Shown here: positions 10,696-24,882 of the stretch, piece by piece
Layout of the letters: each line of letters opens with the position of its first letter
Numbering within the stretch: position 1 is the stretch's first letter
NCBI RefSeq assembly: GCF_001194135.2
Contig: NC_068984.1
Location: 144,423,821 to 144,487,820, forward strand
DNA: 64,000 nt
Direction of reading: 5' to 3'
From: Octopus bimaculoides
Taxonomy: Eukaryota
The notes under the pieces: model-generated
Told to the model about the DNA's origin: nothing
The model's database searches: none
The model's input: only the letters and a program-made list of their open reading frames with translations
Translations under genes and position numbers: made by a program

Positions 10696-13600
10696 NNNNN
10701 NNNNNNNNNNNNNNNNNNNNNNNNNNNNNNNNNNNNNNNNNNNNNNNNNNNNNNNNNNNNNNNNNNNNNNNNNNAGAGAGAGAGAGAGAGAAAGAAAGAG
10801 AGAGAGAGAGAGAAAGAAAGAGAGAGAGAGAGAGAAAGAAAGAGAGAGAGAGAGTACAGTAAAATAAAAGATGAGTAGTCAGTTGTGAATGGCATTAAAG
10901 CATTTAAAATTGTTATACAGAAGTAATTATAAATATAATTATGCAGAAAAACAGGAAAATCAGGAAAGTGAGAATTCATAGTAAACCGTCGTAGATGTTT
11001 CTTCAGGACATTATCTGTCTATGAAGAACTATTATCAACTCTTGCTTTCCTGACTTTCTTCTTTTACCGCTTAATCACACACACACACACACACACACAT
11101 ATGGTCCAAAAATACAAAATACAACCCCACCCCTACAGAGACCAGAGTGAAAGGACAACAAAGAGGCTGTATTAGTTTAGCACTCAGGAAAAATGGTTTT
11201 TTAATGAGTATTTAACCACCAATGTGGTGCTGAGCAGTTGAACACCCATTCTCAGTGATCAATATTACCATATATCTCATAGCCGGCCACCTACACTTTT
11301 TTCTGCAAAATAGGGGTAGTTTATCCTGTTCAGGCTATATTATTAACATTATCCTGCGATTGAGAATTTAAAATCACTTCTTTTACTTTCTAAGACATCT
11401 CAACGCTTCTAAAAGCAAACTTCGTTCGTTTGTTTACGTTCATTGTAATTTGTATATATATATATATATGNNNNNNNNNNNNNNNNNNNNNNNNNNNNNN
11501 NNNNNNNNNNNNNNNNNNNNNNNNNNNNNNNNNNNNNNNNNNNNNNNNNNNNNNNNNNNNNNNNNNNNNNNNNNNNNNNNNNNNNNNNNNNNNNNNNNNN
11601 NNNNNNNNNNNNNNNNNNNNNNNNNNNNNNNNNNNNNNNNNNNNNNNNNNNNNNNNNNNNNNNNNNNNNNNNNNNNNNNNNNNNNNNNNNNNNNNNNNNN
11701 NNNNNNNNNNNNNNNNNNNNNNNNNNNNNNNNNNNNNNNNNNNNNNNNNNNNNNGAAAGAAAGGTGGTGGGATAAAGAGTGAGATGATTACACATTGGTG
11801 TGTGTTACATTATAATAGAGAGAGAGAGGAGACACACACACATTAGTGGGTCCTGTACTATAATACTTGAAAGAAACAGACAGGCAGAGAGTGAGATATT
11901 TGTTAGTGAGTTCTGTACAATAATATATTCAGGTGTTGGGATGTTATTGAATACTGCATCTTTAAGTTGTGATTTCAGGAAGGTTGGTTACATCACACTC
12001 TTTTATCCACACCCAGTTGTAATCAAACTCCAGGAGGGAGGTTTGATCACAGCGCTGGAATCTAATGAAACACTAGTCGCTTATACACGAAGCTTGCAGT
12101 TTTAGAGTGGTGACCTCTGCTCGTCTATTATTATTGGAGTCAAAAAGGATGGCTGATACTCCTGACTGTTCTAAGGCCTGACATGTTGACAGGATTGATA
12201 TTTAGATTGAATATTTGTCAGCTGATGTCTGAAGGTGGGGGGAGAACTCAAAGGGAGTGGAATACCGGGAGAAAGTATTGTGCAATGTTTAGTGGGGGTA
12301 AATAGCAAAGATAAGAACAATGGGGATGAGGGCCAGATAGGGGTTAGGTGCACCAGCGAAGGTTGGATAGAAGTGACTTGTTTAGACAAGCATGGGTTGT
12401 TGTAATAGTGACAGAAGAGAATGAGAGAGAAGACACAGCACATCTGTGAGCCAGAGTAATAGGGGTGCCATAACAGTGTGTCATGGGCACCTTAAACCTG
12501 GTGGAGCCCATCCCTTTCTTGGTTTGAACCCAACTGGTTTCTAGAGAGAGAGAGAGAAGAATCAGCCCCAGTACATGACTGGTACTCTATTGACCCTGAA
12601 AGGATGCAAGGGCAAAGATGAACTGAGAAAAGCAAAATGAATATCACAAGGCATTCTGTCTGGTGCTCTACCAGCTCAGCCAAATTGTTGTCTTAATGCA
12701 GTGTGGTGGTGAGGGAATCATCAACACTCAGACAAATGACCTTTTAGATGTGGTTTTGGAACTTTTCGTGTGCAACATCAGCAGCAGTACTGTCCGAGTG
12801 GAGGCACAATGTGGCACTTGGCCTTTGTAGGGGTTTCAGTAGTGTGTGGTCTTGAAGGGCAAGTCTTGTTTGAGGTCAAATCCATTAGTGACGCATGTAA
12901 CAACAGTATCGACATCACAGACATTAGAGGCCAGTAGACATCTGATGTGCTTCACTCAGAGAGGGTGAACAAAACAAACTGGATTGAAGTGGTGCCTGAC
13001 CCTAAAGAGGGAGACCAAGTCTTTGAGATGTAGTTTTGGCAATGTTGTTTGAGTGAGATCCCCAATAGAGATCCAAAACTGAATGAAGGTGATGATGGTA
13101 TAATAGTCGGTAGAGTGAGGTTAGAGGATCTTGTAGAGGTTGTTAGACCATGAAGGAGAAGAGTCTGTGAGTTGAGGAGAGCAGCTATTTGGGAGGTGGC
13201 AGGGTTGGGAGCTTCAATTGTTTGCTGCTAATGACTACAGAAGGTGAGGTACAAGACAGTTTTGTAGACCTTATTTACAAGACAGACCAAACTTCCTCAT
13301 GACACCTATTTATTGATAAAGTAAATGGATAGTACCTGCATACTGTAACACACCTATAAACAGCTATGGCAATATTCAACTCCTACACTTTATAAAATTA
13401 TTTTATTTTTGTTTCAATGCTGGAACCCGAAGTAGATAAAGCTATAAATAATAGTATCTAAATATTGGGTTAAAGAAAAAATCCCTTTTGGATGGGAAAA
13501 GTCAAAGGCTTGCGTCCCATGGGTAGCCTCTGACATTTTCTATCCAAAAGGCCAATATTTCCAGGTCATTCTTTATAGCCTTATCACCTTTGAGTTCCAT

Positions 13601-16600
13601 CATTAAAAGAAATTACTTCATGTCTTGAAGTTCCGAAACTTTTATGACAAACATTATTTTGTTCAAGTAAAATTCTTCAAGGTGGTGCCCCAGCATGGCC
13701 ACAGTTTAATGACTGAAACAAGTAACAGATAATGGATAAAGAATTAGATGAGATTTATTTAGGCCGTTCTACAGCCAGAGACCTTTTCCATTACAGACCC
13801 TTGGTTTGCAAATGAGGTGTCTTTATTCTACTGGTCTTTCTGTGAAACCAATAGACTACGGGACTTTATTTACTGGAGAACTTAGTTCTCACACACACGA
13901 AATGGGTTTTGAAATAGTTTTCATCCATCAATTCCATTTGCAAAGCATTGATCAACTTGAGGTTAGAACAGAAAAGGCCATCAGGCTGCTTTATAGAGCC
14001 AGCTGGTAATCAACTGCAGCCAAAAAGCAATGATAGCATGTTTCCTTATAAACATGTGCACTTTGATAATTTTTTCCAGAAAACAGAAACCCCAGCTCTA
14101 AACTGAAGAATTCTATACTTTTACCAAGAACGGTAAAGCTACAAGTGAATTGAAATGCTTCCACAGATTGAGTGTGTGCTTTAGATAATGTACAAGGAAA
14201 GATACTCACATGTTCAACCCAAAGCTTCCCCACAATTACATTATGTACACAGCAGTTGACATTAGACCATGTGTAGACTTCACCAAATCTGGAAATAATT
14301 TCAACAGATGATAAACTTGGGCTGAGAAAACAATTTGAAATGACAACAACAACAATAATAATATTAAAAAGGATTTCATCACAGACTTAGGGCCCTGTTT
14401 CTGTAAGAGCAATGGGTTTTCTTTTATTTTGTTTAACCATTCCAGTGGTTTTAGACAGTGGGCTTGGAGTAAGTTCTTTTGGGGTATTGTTGATGACTTC
14501 TTTCTGTCTACTATGGTGGTACCGATTCCAATGGTCTTGGAAGGGGGGGGGGGGAGGAAAAGTGGACTTGGGAAAAGCACGTGAAGTGATGTTACCTATC
14601 AACCGATTCCATCTCAGTATCTACCGTACTCAACAAGTAAGAAATGTTATCAAAGAAAATAAACAAAAATTGAACGAGACGAGTTATTCAGTTGAATTGG
14701 GAATACTTCAAGATGGAAATTCTTCAACAAATACATAAAACTCAATTCTTAAAACCTTCAATGATGATAATATACCAGATTTCAAAACAGGGGGAATCCA
14801 AGAAAACCATATTTATCTGTTTGGATTCCTTGTCTTCTTTTCATGCCTGAATACCAATATCTGATTTATTACATACAAATGTAATGTCGAGGCTTTAATG
14901 CAGGAATCTCAATGTATTTCAAATTAAATTGTTTCCACTGAAGGGGTCACTGATCCTAACACACTAATCTAAAGTAACATTAAAAAGATCTTTTTGGTAT
15001 AACCATAACCCGGAGAAGCACTCTTATCATTTCATTGACATGGCTTTAATGCTTGACTGCTACTTGTATTAGTCATTCGAAAATCTGAACTCTGAATATA
15101 AAACAGCAAAACAAACAAAGCAGCCATTCTGCCCAACATTCCAATAATTCTTGTCAAATCAGTCACAAGTTGACAAAAATTATCTCCCTTGTTTGGCTAT
15201 TAATAAACTAGTCACTGCTCAGTAGAATAGGGAGACGACATTCCTTCTCTCTTACTGTGTTTGCTGACATATAAGATGCGTTCTTGCTGAAAACGTACAC
15301 CTACTTTACAAGTATATTCTGTGGAAAAATGTATTATGCTTTGTCATACACTAATTTAAAGATATTTCAAAGCAATTTTGTAGGGGGAAAATGACTGATT
15401 CTCTGCCAATCAATACAATGCTGTGACAGTATACGGGAATAAAATGTGTAACTACAATCTTACCACATTGGAAAGTCCATTATATGAGTACGATATTTAA
15501 ATTTTATCTTTCTTTCAGATTAACAGTATAGTTGCTTATATTTTGGTCAAGAGAATTGCGGCACAGGGTGCAATTAGAACCAGGATGCTATGATTTTATT
15601 GTCATCCACTCATTACAAATAGCTGACAAGCTGCTGGGACTTTAACTTTCCTTTTATCTTTCTAGAATGTTCATATGGCCCCTGAGGGTCCCTAGAAGAT
15701 TTTGGGGGGTCCTGGGGATCCACAATAGTATTTGAAGGGCCCCCTGAAAAAAAAAACCATTTTGCTTTGGATGTATTGCAAGAAACAGCTGGGTTTCTTT
15801 CTCATACGTTCAGCCTACACAAGTTAATGTGTGAATAACAAAAATAAGAATTTCGAAAGAAGTTTCCCATAAAACTAATTTTTAAACATTGAATGGCTAT
15901 GGGGGTCCATCAGAGAATAGTATTTCAAAGGGGTCCATAGATAAAAGAAATGAGCGGGAACTCCCGATACAGATGATAAAAGAAATGTTTCTTAAAAGTA
16001 ATACAGTCATTAAATAAAGTAAGACACACATCAAGCGTGCATTAATGTATGCAGAGAAAGGAGGTGTAAGGAGATGATGTGACCTCCCTATATTAATACC
16101 AATGCACTGTAATGAATATTTCATTAAGTTTGTGCCAACAGATTAGGGTAATTATGGCTTGTTTTTAATATTTTATTGTTAATAACAATTATTGTACCAA
16201 ACGGACGGCTGCTCACGCTGCTCACGCAGCTCCCTAACCAACAACACTATGGTCTCCCATCCATAATATGGCTGCATTAGATGCAGGGCAATTTTTTTCA
16301 TACATCTAAAAATGAAGAAAGGGCACCTTTAATGCCAGTAAATACGGTTACCAGCTTTTATTATATCAACTCTGGCTAGAAAGACAAATTAATGAAGGAA
16401 TCTTTATGTTGTCACATGGTCTGCTAGAAATAACTGCCAAATTTCCTACAAAGTACAGCCTACACTCTTAAAATGACCACACGGATGGAGAAGATTCCTA
16501 GAGACACATTATGTCTGAATAAAGAAAGGATGGCCAGTTGGAACGACTTGACCACAGGTCTCATGTTTCATGGCTGATTTCGAGTGAAACAACAATAACA

Positions 16601-17816
16601 TACCCATCAATCCCCTAAACAAAAACAAGATGCTTCTACATGGTCACTCTTACTGCTAAAAATAAAAACTAAACAGGCATTAAATCCCATCTTATTGCCT
16701 TAAAAACGGAAGGAAACATTAGATAATGATCAGGACTGTCCAGGGTGGAAAAACAACAAAGACAACTTATGAAAGAGGTAGCTGATACTGAAGAGGATAC
16801 GATAAGAAGGTTTTTCTAAAGGATGTAATTAGAACAGGATGGAAACTCATTTAAATAATAATAATAATACAAATAATAATACTGCAGAGATGAGTGAGGA
16901 AAGGTGGTTACTTGGTAAGTTCAAGGGTAATAACTCCTTTAGGGTTGACTTCAACTGATTTTCCCCAAAACTTTAATCTGGGATGGATGGATCCGTGAAA
17001 TTGGAACAGGTCAGATTCTACGTGGAATGCACTGATGGGAGGATGATGGCTGACTTGTTCAGAGATCAAACGGAAACCAAGGTCGTTTCTGGAAAATAAA
17101 GAAAACAAAAATGTTAATCAAAGTAATACAAACAAAAGATAGACAACATGGAACAGGTGTCATCATCATCTTTTAACATGTTTTCCATGCTGGCATGGGT
17201 TAGACGGTTTGATAGGAGTGGCAAGGCTGGAGAGCTGCACCAAGCTCCATTTGTCTGCTTTGGCATAGCTTCTGTGGCTGGTTGCCCTTTCTAATGCCAA
17301 CCACTTTACAGAGTGTCTGCTGGGTGCTTCTTTACGTGACATCACCAAGAGCAGTATTGAGGGAAGGTGGCCTTGTGCCCAGGGATGAGAAGCTAAAGTA
17401 TGATAGAGGAAGAGAAATAGGAGAGTCACACAGCTACCCCAGTTGGAAAATACAGAATAAATGGTGAACAAGACGTGTCTATCAACAGATAGAACATACT
17501 GGATAAATATAGTATAGATTCATGCACACACACACACACACACACACACACGGCTATGCGGTTTAGAAGTTTGCTTTCGGACCCTATAGCTTAAGCTTTG
17601 TTCCTCCTGTTAGAATGCCTGCAAATGTTTTCTACCATAACTGTGGGTTGCCAAATGCCTGGCAAGTGAAATTAAATGGACAGAAACAAGGTGTACATTT
17701 ATACATAATGTATTATACAACATCATTTTCCTATTTGGTTTGCAAGATTCCTGATGTGAATTATTGCAGGTATAATGACCCTCCCGTGACACACCAAGGT
17801 GTATACAACATATTGC

Positions 17817-17852
<36 letters not shown>

Positions 17853-18543
17853 CTATATATATATATATTAGATCAAATGTATCTAGTCATTTTTGCTTTC
17901 TGTGTGTATGTGTATTAATTGTAAGATGCACTAAAATAGTACCATATATGAAACTCAATTATAACACTCATATAGGCTACCTTTAAAATAGCATGTTAGT
18001 ACCTGAGTATATCAATCTATGTGAGTATCTACACATACACACACTAAATATACAAGTTTTTTAGAATCTCTACACAGACCATTTGATTCAAGCGAATCAA
18101 GGCTAAACAGCAATAACAACTATAAACTTCCACCAAAACCTGAAATTAGTTATATAACAAGGGAAAAATTCTATTCTGGTCAACTTTTCTTCTTTGGAAC
18201 TAACCATGACCACCACCACCACAACTACCACCCCAGCAACTACAAAAACCACAACAAAAAAACACCACTACCACTGCTACTACCACTACGACAACTACAA
18301 CAGTAACAATTGTCATCATCACCACCACAAGAGCCAAAACTACTTTCAAAGTAATCAATAAGTTGAAATGTAATAACCGATAATGATTAAAGCAGCACTG
18401 ATGGAATAACCGAAGTTAAAACAAGGTTGTTAATAATGATTTTTCTATCAATTTAATCCTCTCAAGTATTGGTGTTAGAAGACGGCAACATGGCAGTCTT
18501 CCATCTGCTACAGCAATTCAGTCAAACTAACACATCTTCACAG

Positions 18544-18579
<36 letters not shown>

Positions 18580-20301
18580 NNNNNNNNNNNNNNNNNNNNN
18601 NNNNNNNNNNNNNNNNNNNNNNNNNNNNNNNNNNNNNNNNNNNNNNNNNNNNNNNNNNNNNNNNNNNNNNNNNNNNNNNNNNNNNNNNNNNNNNNNNNNN
18701 NNNNNNNNNNAAAAAAAAAAAAAAAAAAATCAATGATTTCCTAAAGATAACATTTGCTGTCAAATGGAGAAAGATCAAACGTGAATGAAGTCAAAAGATC
18801 AAAGATATATGACAGACAAGATTATTTCATCTTACTTTACCTGTATTTAACATTTAGTACACCTCCCCACTAGAATTATTTCAATAGTAGTGATGGTGGT
18901 GGTGGTGGCAGTGGTAGTAGTAGTAGTAGAACAACAACAATTTCTGTCTGCCACAGGGTTTATCAAATGAGAGGGACATTACATGGACAGTTTGCAAGAT
19001 GTGATGGAGTTTACATCAAAAATAAGGAGAAGAAAAAGGGAGGAAGGGAAAATGAGATAAACAGTATATACAGAAGACAAAATATCTGAACAGATCTATG
19101 ATAGAGTTGTTCTGATACAAGAGAACCTCCAACCAGGGCCAACCAAGGAACTTCACTGATCCAGGAACGCCCTGACTACCAACAACACAAAGCCCTCACC
19201 AAACTGTTGTTCTCCATTCTTCAGGCACATTCTTAGAGTCCATTCACCCAAAGCATTTTTGCTACAGTTATCCACCTTTTGAAAAATTCATTGGGAAACA
19301 GGGCACTTCCCTCTCTCACTTCAATTGCAACTTAAAAAAAGTCAATGAGGGCTTGACCGGTGAGGAATGTGTCTATCCTCAATCCTTTCAATCTCATCCA
19401 CTACACAACCACTTTTGCCATAGTCACTAGATAAGAGAACACTGCCTGCCCTGCCTCACGGGGCAATCCTCACAAGGGACTCAGCCAAGGGTCAGCTTCA
19501 TTCTAGATGCAACAACAGCTGTACAACATGACTCTCCACAAGTCAGCAATGCTTTTGACACTGCACAAGTTTATGCAGCATAGCTTTGTCACACTGCACA
19601 CATCCTGGCCGTTCCACCTGGCTGCACATCTGTGCCTATAGAGTTTCTCTGAGACTGGCAGAAACCCAACAGCAGCACTGCCAGGCCAGGGATTTCTAGA
19701 AGCTATCTAGAGATAAAAGGATGTAGATAAAAGAACTAGGAAACTGATCGTAATGCACAACATGCATCACTCTGAGAGTAATATCAACAGGTTCTACCTA
19801 TCAAGAAAAGGGGTTAAACAACATGGTCATATGAGTGAAAGGATGGCTCTTATGGAAATAAAAGGGGAAAGAAAGGAAGAGAAATATATGCGCATGTGTG
19901 TATAAATATGTAACTTTCTTGCCCTTTTTTATATATCATCATGATCATGTTGGTAAAGATAAAATACTTAAAGAAAAAGGGAAAGATATAAGAAAGGGCA
20001 AATCAAAGCCAGCGAGACTTAAAAACTCACAATGGAAAGGGAGATAACTAAGTAATGCAAACTGCTTACTACTCTTCCATTTTTGCAATTTAGCTCTTAA
20101 AGGGATTGAATACCACAGAGGAGATGCCCCAAGTTGATAATTGTAAGACAAAATTCTGTAAACACAGGTTGCAGTAAACTGGTTGTGTAAACATGAGGAG
20201 CAGTGAACTAGATTTGTAAACACCAGTTACAGTAAACCAGCTCTCTGAACAGGTCTGGATATTTTCTGGTGGCTGATGGCAGAGAGTGTAGTGTGTATAT
20301 G

Positions 20302-20355
<54 letters not shown>

Positions 20356-23151
20356 GAGAGAGAGAGAGAGAGAGAGTAATGGAGATAAACATAGGCTTGA
20401 TATAAATATATTTACATGGAGAACAAAAAGTACAGAATAAAATGAGGAAAATATGTAATTTCTTCACTCGATAGCTGTTTCAAGAAGCCCAGAGTTAAAT
20501 AATAACAATCATAATTTGTAGATGAATGTGCATAAAGTTATGGGTATGTAACCAGTCGCATGGAGATGTTACAGTAAGTCTGCCTTCTCTCATCAGATGA
20601 AGATTGATGTGTGAGGGTGAAGAGAGGGGGAAAGAGAGATAAAGTGATCTTACCTTTGTAATTCAAAAGTCTCCCCAAGAAGACAGTTGAAAGGTTTTCC
20701 TAATCTGTCCCAATTGGATGACATTGAAGACACAGCAAAGGCGCATACATACTGCAAGGAAGATTAATAATCATATACATACATACATAAGCAGTAGAAT
20801 GCTGGTAGAAGGTTAAATAGGGGGGCAAATTAATACACAGGATAATAAGCAGGGTGTCTGAGAGAAGAAATGGCAAAATGTCATATTCATATCATCATCA
20901 TCATTTAACGTCCGTTTCCATGCTAGCATGGGTTGGACGATTTGACTGAGGACTGGTGAAACCAGATGGCTACACCAGGCTCCAATCTGATTTGGCAGAG
21001 TTTCTACAGCTGGATGCCCTTCCTAACGCCAACCACTCAGAGAGTGTAGTGGGTGCTTTTATGTGCCACTGGCAAGAGGGCCAGCCCGGCGGTACTGGCA
21101 TATATTTCCCAAATAGATTACAGAAAGCCAGAGAGTGCCTTTTAGAAGTGTGTGTGTGGGGGGGGGGGTGAAGTTGGGAAGAGAGATTAAAAATAGGGGC
21201 GATGATGTGTCAGGTGCCATAGTCTCAAGAAATGAAAGTGAATAGAAGTTAATGGGAAGAGAAGAACAGGGAGTGCTTGTGGGTAGGGGTCAAAAGAGGG
21301 TTTGAAGAAAGTGAGGAATGGTTAGAGATGGGGAACTGAATGAGTAAAAGGTAATTGATGATAAATACATATTGGAGGGAAGAGGTGGTGATGACTGAGG
21401 ACTATAAAGAAGCATGGAGAGACGTTTGCGCTGGTATGGTCATGTACTGTGGATGGACGAGGAGAGCTGTGTGAAGAAGTGCCACTCCCAAACAGTGGAA
21501 GGAATCTGGAGTAGAGGGAGACCCAAGAAGACATGGGATGAGGTGGTGAAGCATGACCTTCGAACGTTGGGCCTCACAGAGGCAATGACAAAAGACTGAG
21601 ACCTCTGGAGATATGCTGTGACTGAGAAGACCTGGCAAATAAAGTGAGTTCACAGCTGTAACCTACACCAGTGTTGCATAACCAGCCCACTCAAAAGTAC
21701 CTTAGATCGTAGGAGTAAAGGGCAGTAGAATGGTAACAATAATGTGGTAGACAAAGGAAAGATGAAAGTGAAAGAGATGATGTACGGGTTGGTAGGCTGC
21801 AAGAAAGTGAGGAGAGAGAATATGGTAGAAGGGTGATCAATGTAAAATGTAAGTGGAGAGGGATAATATTAAGAATGAAAGATGGATAATGAGTTCAGGG
21901 AAGTGAGAAAGATAGCAGCAGAATAGTACAGTTAGGAAGGTAACAAAGGCAGTCATTGATAGTAAGATGATTGGTGACAGGAAGGATTCGGAGAGGAATA
22001 GCATTGGCCAATTATTTAACTTAATAGTGCTACTTAGTGAAATCTTTTAGGACTCTATAGATGCCCTCAATGAGAAAATTATTATTGTCTGAAACATAGT
22101 CAAATATCAATGGTTTGCCTGGGATATTTTAGTGGAATTTGTTCGGAGAATTACAGCATATTTTACTTCATTGATTTGGTTTAGGATGTTACTGAATGGT
22201 GTAGACCTAGCTGAGATGAAGATGTCACCATGTAATCATGTACAATGAGTTGGATTTTGTTTGGGGGTAGATGGTACAGGTTCCCAGCCTTAGGTGATTC
22301 TTAAACTTGGTGTTAATATTTGGAAAAGTGACGATGATGAGCAAATAAAATAACAGTAAAAGACTCCTTATGACAGAGTGAGGAGTTGACCTCGAGGAAG
22401 TATGAGCACACACTCTTAGCTTTTGCTCCAGTTTGTGAGTGAAGACATCAGAATACATGTGTGATGGTGAAATGGCACCAAATAAATTGATAAGAGAATA
22501 CAGAGATGGCGCCTGGCAGATGTCTTTAAGGAAACAATGGCTAACACCTGAAACTTACAGAAACATCTTTTTTAAATTAAGAGTCAACAAAGGATCATCT
22601 ATGTTGTCACTTGACCTGCTAGAAATAACAGCTAAATTTTCTCAAAACTACACCCTACTGCTTTGCAAAAAGAAGATACGAGACTGTCTGAGTGAACACT
22701 ATTTTCATCATAGGTGTGTTTGAGCCAAACTGACTCTGGGTTGAATCACGACAACAATAGAAGACAAATATTTAGTTATTTGGAGAAATTTGGGTTGCAT
22801 CCAAGTAGAACATTCCCCACCACAAGAACAGATCAGAGGTGACCCTCACCAGACTAAAAATAGCCTTTATCAATAAAATAATTCTCTGACTATCAATACC
22901 ATCTTTAGAGAATGTATTCACAAAGTATATATAGCTACACTGAATTTTAATTGACTCAGGCCACCTCCACCACCATCATCACATGTCATATTTTTGGATC
23001 CATGCATGACCCCCAAACTGGTTGAAACTATGTCTGTCACTGACCTTATCCATTACATCCAATGCTATGTGGCGTGGATTTAGGCTTTTAGCTTTAGCTG
23101 TCATTGATCCTCATGGAATGATCAGAAAACACTGACAAGGAAATAAAGGGT

Positions 23152-23182
<31 letters not shown>

Positions 23183-24254
23183 ATCATCATCGTTGAATGT
23201 CTGCTTTCCATGCTGGCATGGGTAGTTTATGTCTGTGCATGTATGCACACATATAGTCCTGGTGCAGCCTCCTGGCTTGCCAGTCCACAGTCAAACTGTC
23301 TAACCCATGCCAGCATGGAAAGCAGACATTAAACGATGATGATGATGACACACACACATACACACACGCATGCAAAAGCTTGCTTTACAACCACATGGTT
23401 TTGGGTTCAATCTCATTGCACAGTACCTTGAGCAAGTGCCTTTTACTATAGCTGCAGGCTGACCAATGAATGGTGAATGAATTCGATGGAAGGAAACTGC
23501 ATGGAAGCCTGCCATATATATGTACACACACACACACACATATATATTCTGTGCATCTCTGTGTCAACATTTGTCCACTCTCTCACTGCTTGTTTAAGTC
23601 CCCATTATTTAGCAAAAGAGTTTGATAGAATAAGCACCAGACTGAAAAACTTAATACTAAGTGTGTTTGACAAATACATTATATATACATGTGTGTGTGT
23701 GTTTGTGTGTGTATATATGTATTTATATATCTAATATGAAAATCAAAAATCAAAATGGAAATCGTAGCTGTGACTGATGCCAGTGCCATCTGACTGGCTC
23801 CTGTGCTGGTGGCACATAAAAAGCACCCACTACACTCTCGGAGTGGTTGAAACCTTGCCAGATCAGATTGGAGCCTGGTGCAGCCTACTGGCTTGCCAGT
23901 CCTCAATCAAACCGTCCAACCCATGCCAGCATGGGAAGCAGACATTAAACGATGATGATGATTATGATGATGATGAATATAATAAATGCGAATGTCAGTG
24001 TGTCACACTTTTTCAACTTTACTCTTAGAGGCTGTAGCCTAACATATACCATTTTGGAATCAGGCCAACTCTGTGAATAAATTAAAAACATTCCTGGCCA
24101 AATCCAGACCCGCAATCCTGAAATTTTGGATTCCCAAGTTTCCATTACTATGATTGTTTTTGGCGATTATTTTACATGATCTTTACCGACGAATCTGATC
24201 ATCATTGGGATATGATTGTGGAGGAAGCAATGGCAACAAATTCTCCAAAACAAG

Positions 24255-24293
<39 letters not shown>

Positions 24294-24825
24294 TAATAGA
24301 AAGTGCCTTTCTGATAATTTTTCCACTTTAAAGTGGAAAAAAGCCTGGTTTCACCCGGTTGGTTTGGATGATGTGGCTGTAAAACCTGCTCTGTGTAAGC
24401 ATTCGACTTTTTTGAGCACGCTTTCATTAAAAAGCAATTTTAGAAGTNNNNNNNNNNNNNNNNNNNNNNNNNNNNNNNNNNNNNNNNNNNNNNNNNNNNN
24501 NNNNNNNNNNNNNNNNNNNNNNNNNNNNNNNNNNNNNNNNNNNNNNNNNNNNNNNNNNNNNNNNNNNNNNNTATATCACCCCTTCCTTCTTTAGTCATCT
24601 ATCACCCCTTCCTTTCTCATTCATAAACACAAGAGTATCATTATAGCAGATTATCGCGGTAACCATGGGAGTTATGAAAAAAATACAAATCCCAGTAACA
24701 CCACCGGATCATTCTACACATCTCTGTAATTTTCCGCGCAATTTCACCCTGCCATTTGACTGTGAATCCCAAGACAAGAAAGAATCACCCATGTCAAATT
24801 TATATGCACACACACACACATATGC

Positions 24826-24882
<57 letters not shown>

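Noticed and set aside
13900-14000. KQPDGLFCSNL as the missing FKPCGLFGKEL exon
   Set aside because: There is an in-frame stop just upstream, no room for the preceding conserved residues, no suitable phase-2 donor, and the similarity is short.
13480-14620. Penelope RT relic (RLPMG at about 13520, PKSTFPPP at about 14560)
   Set aside because: The matches are only 4-6 residues in different frames, there is no YVDD-type motif, and part of the region is a real ORP exon.
19100-19700. CR1-like LINE 3' remnants
   Set aside because: Only a vague resemblance; too decayed to call without a profile search.
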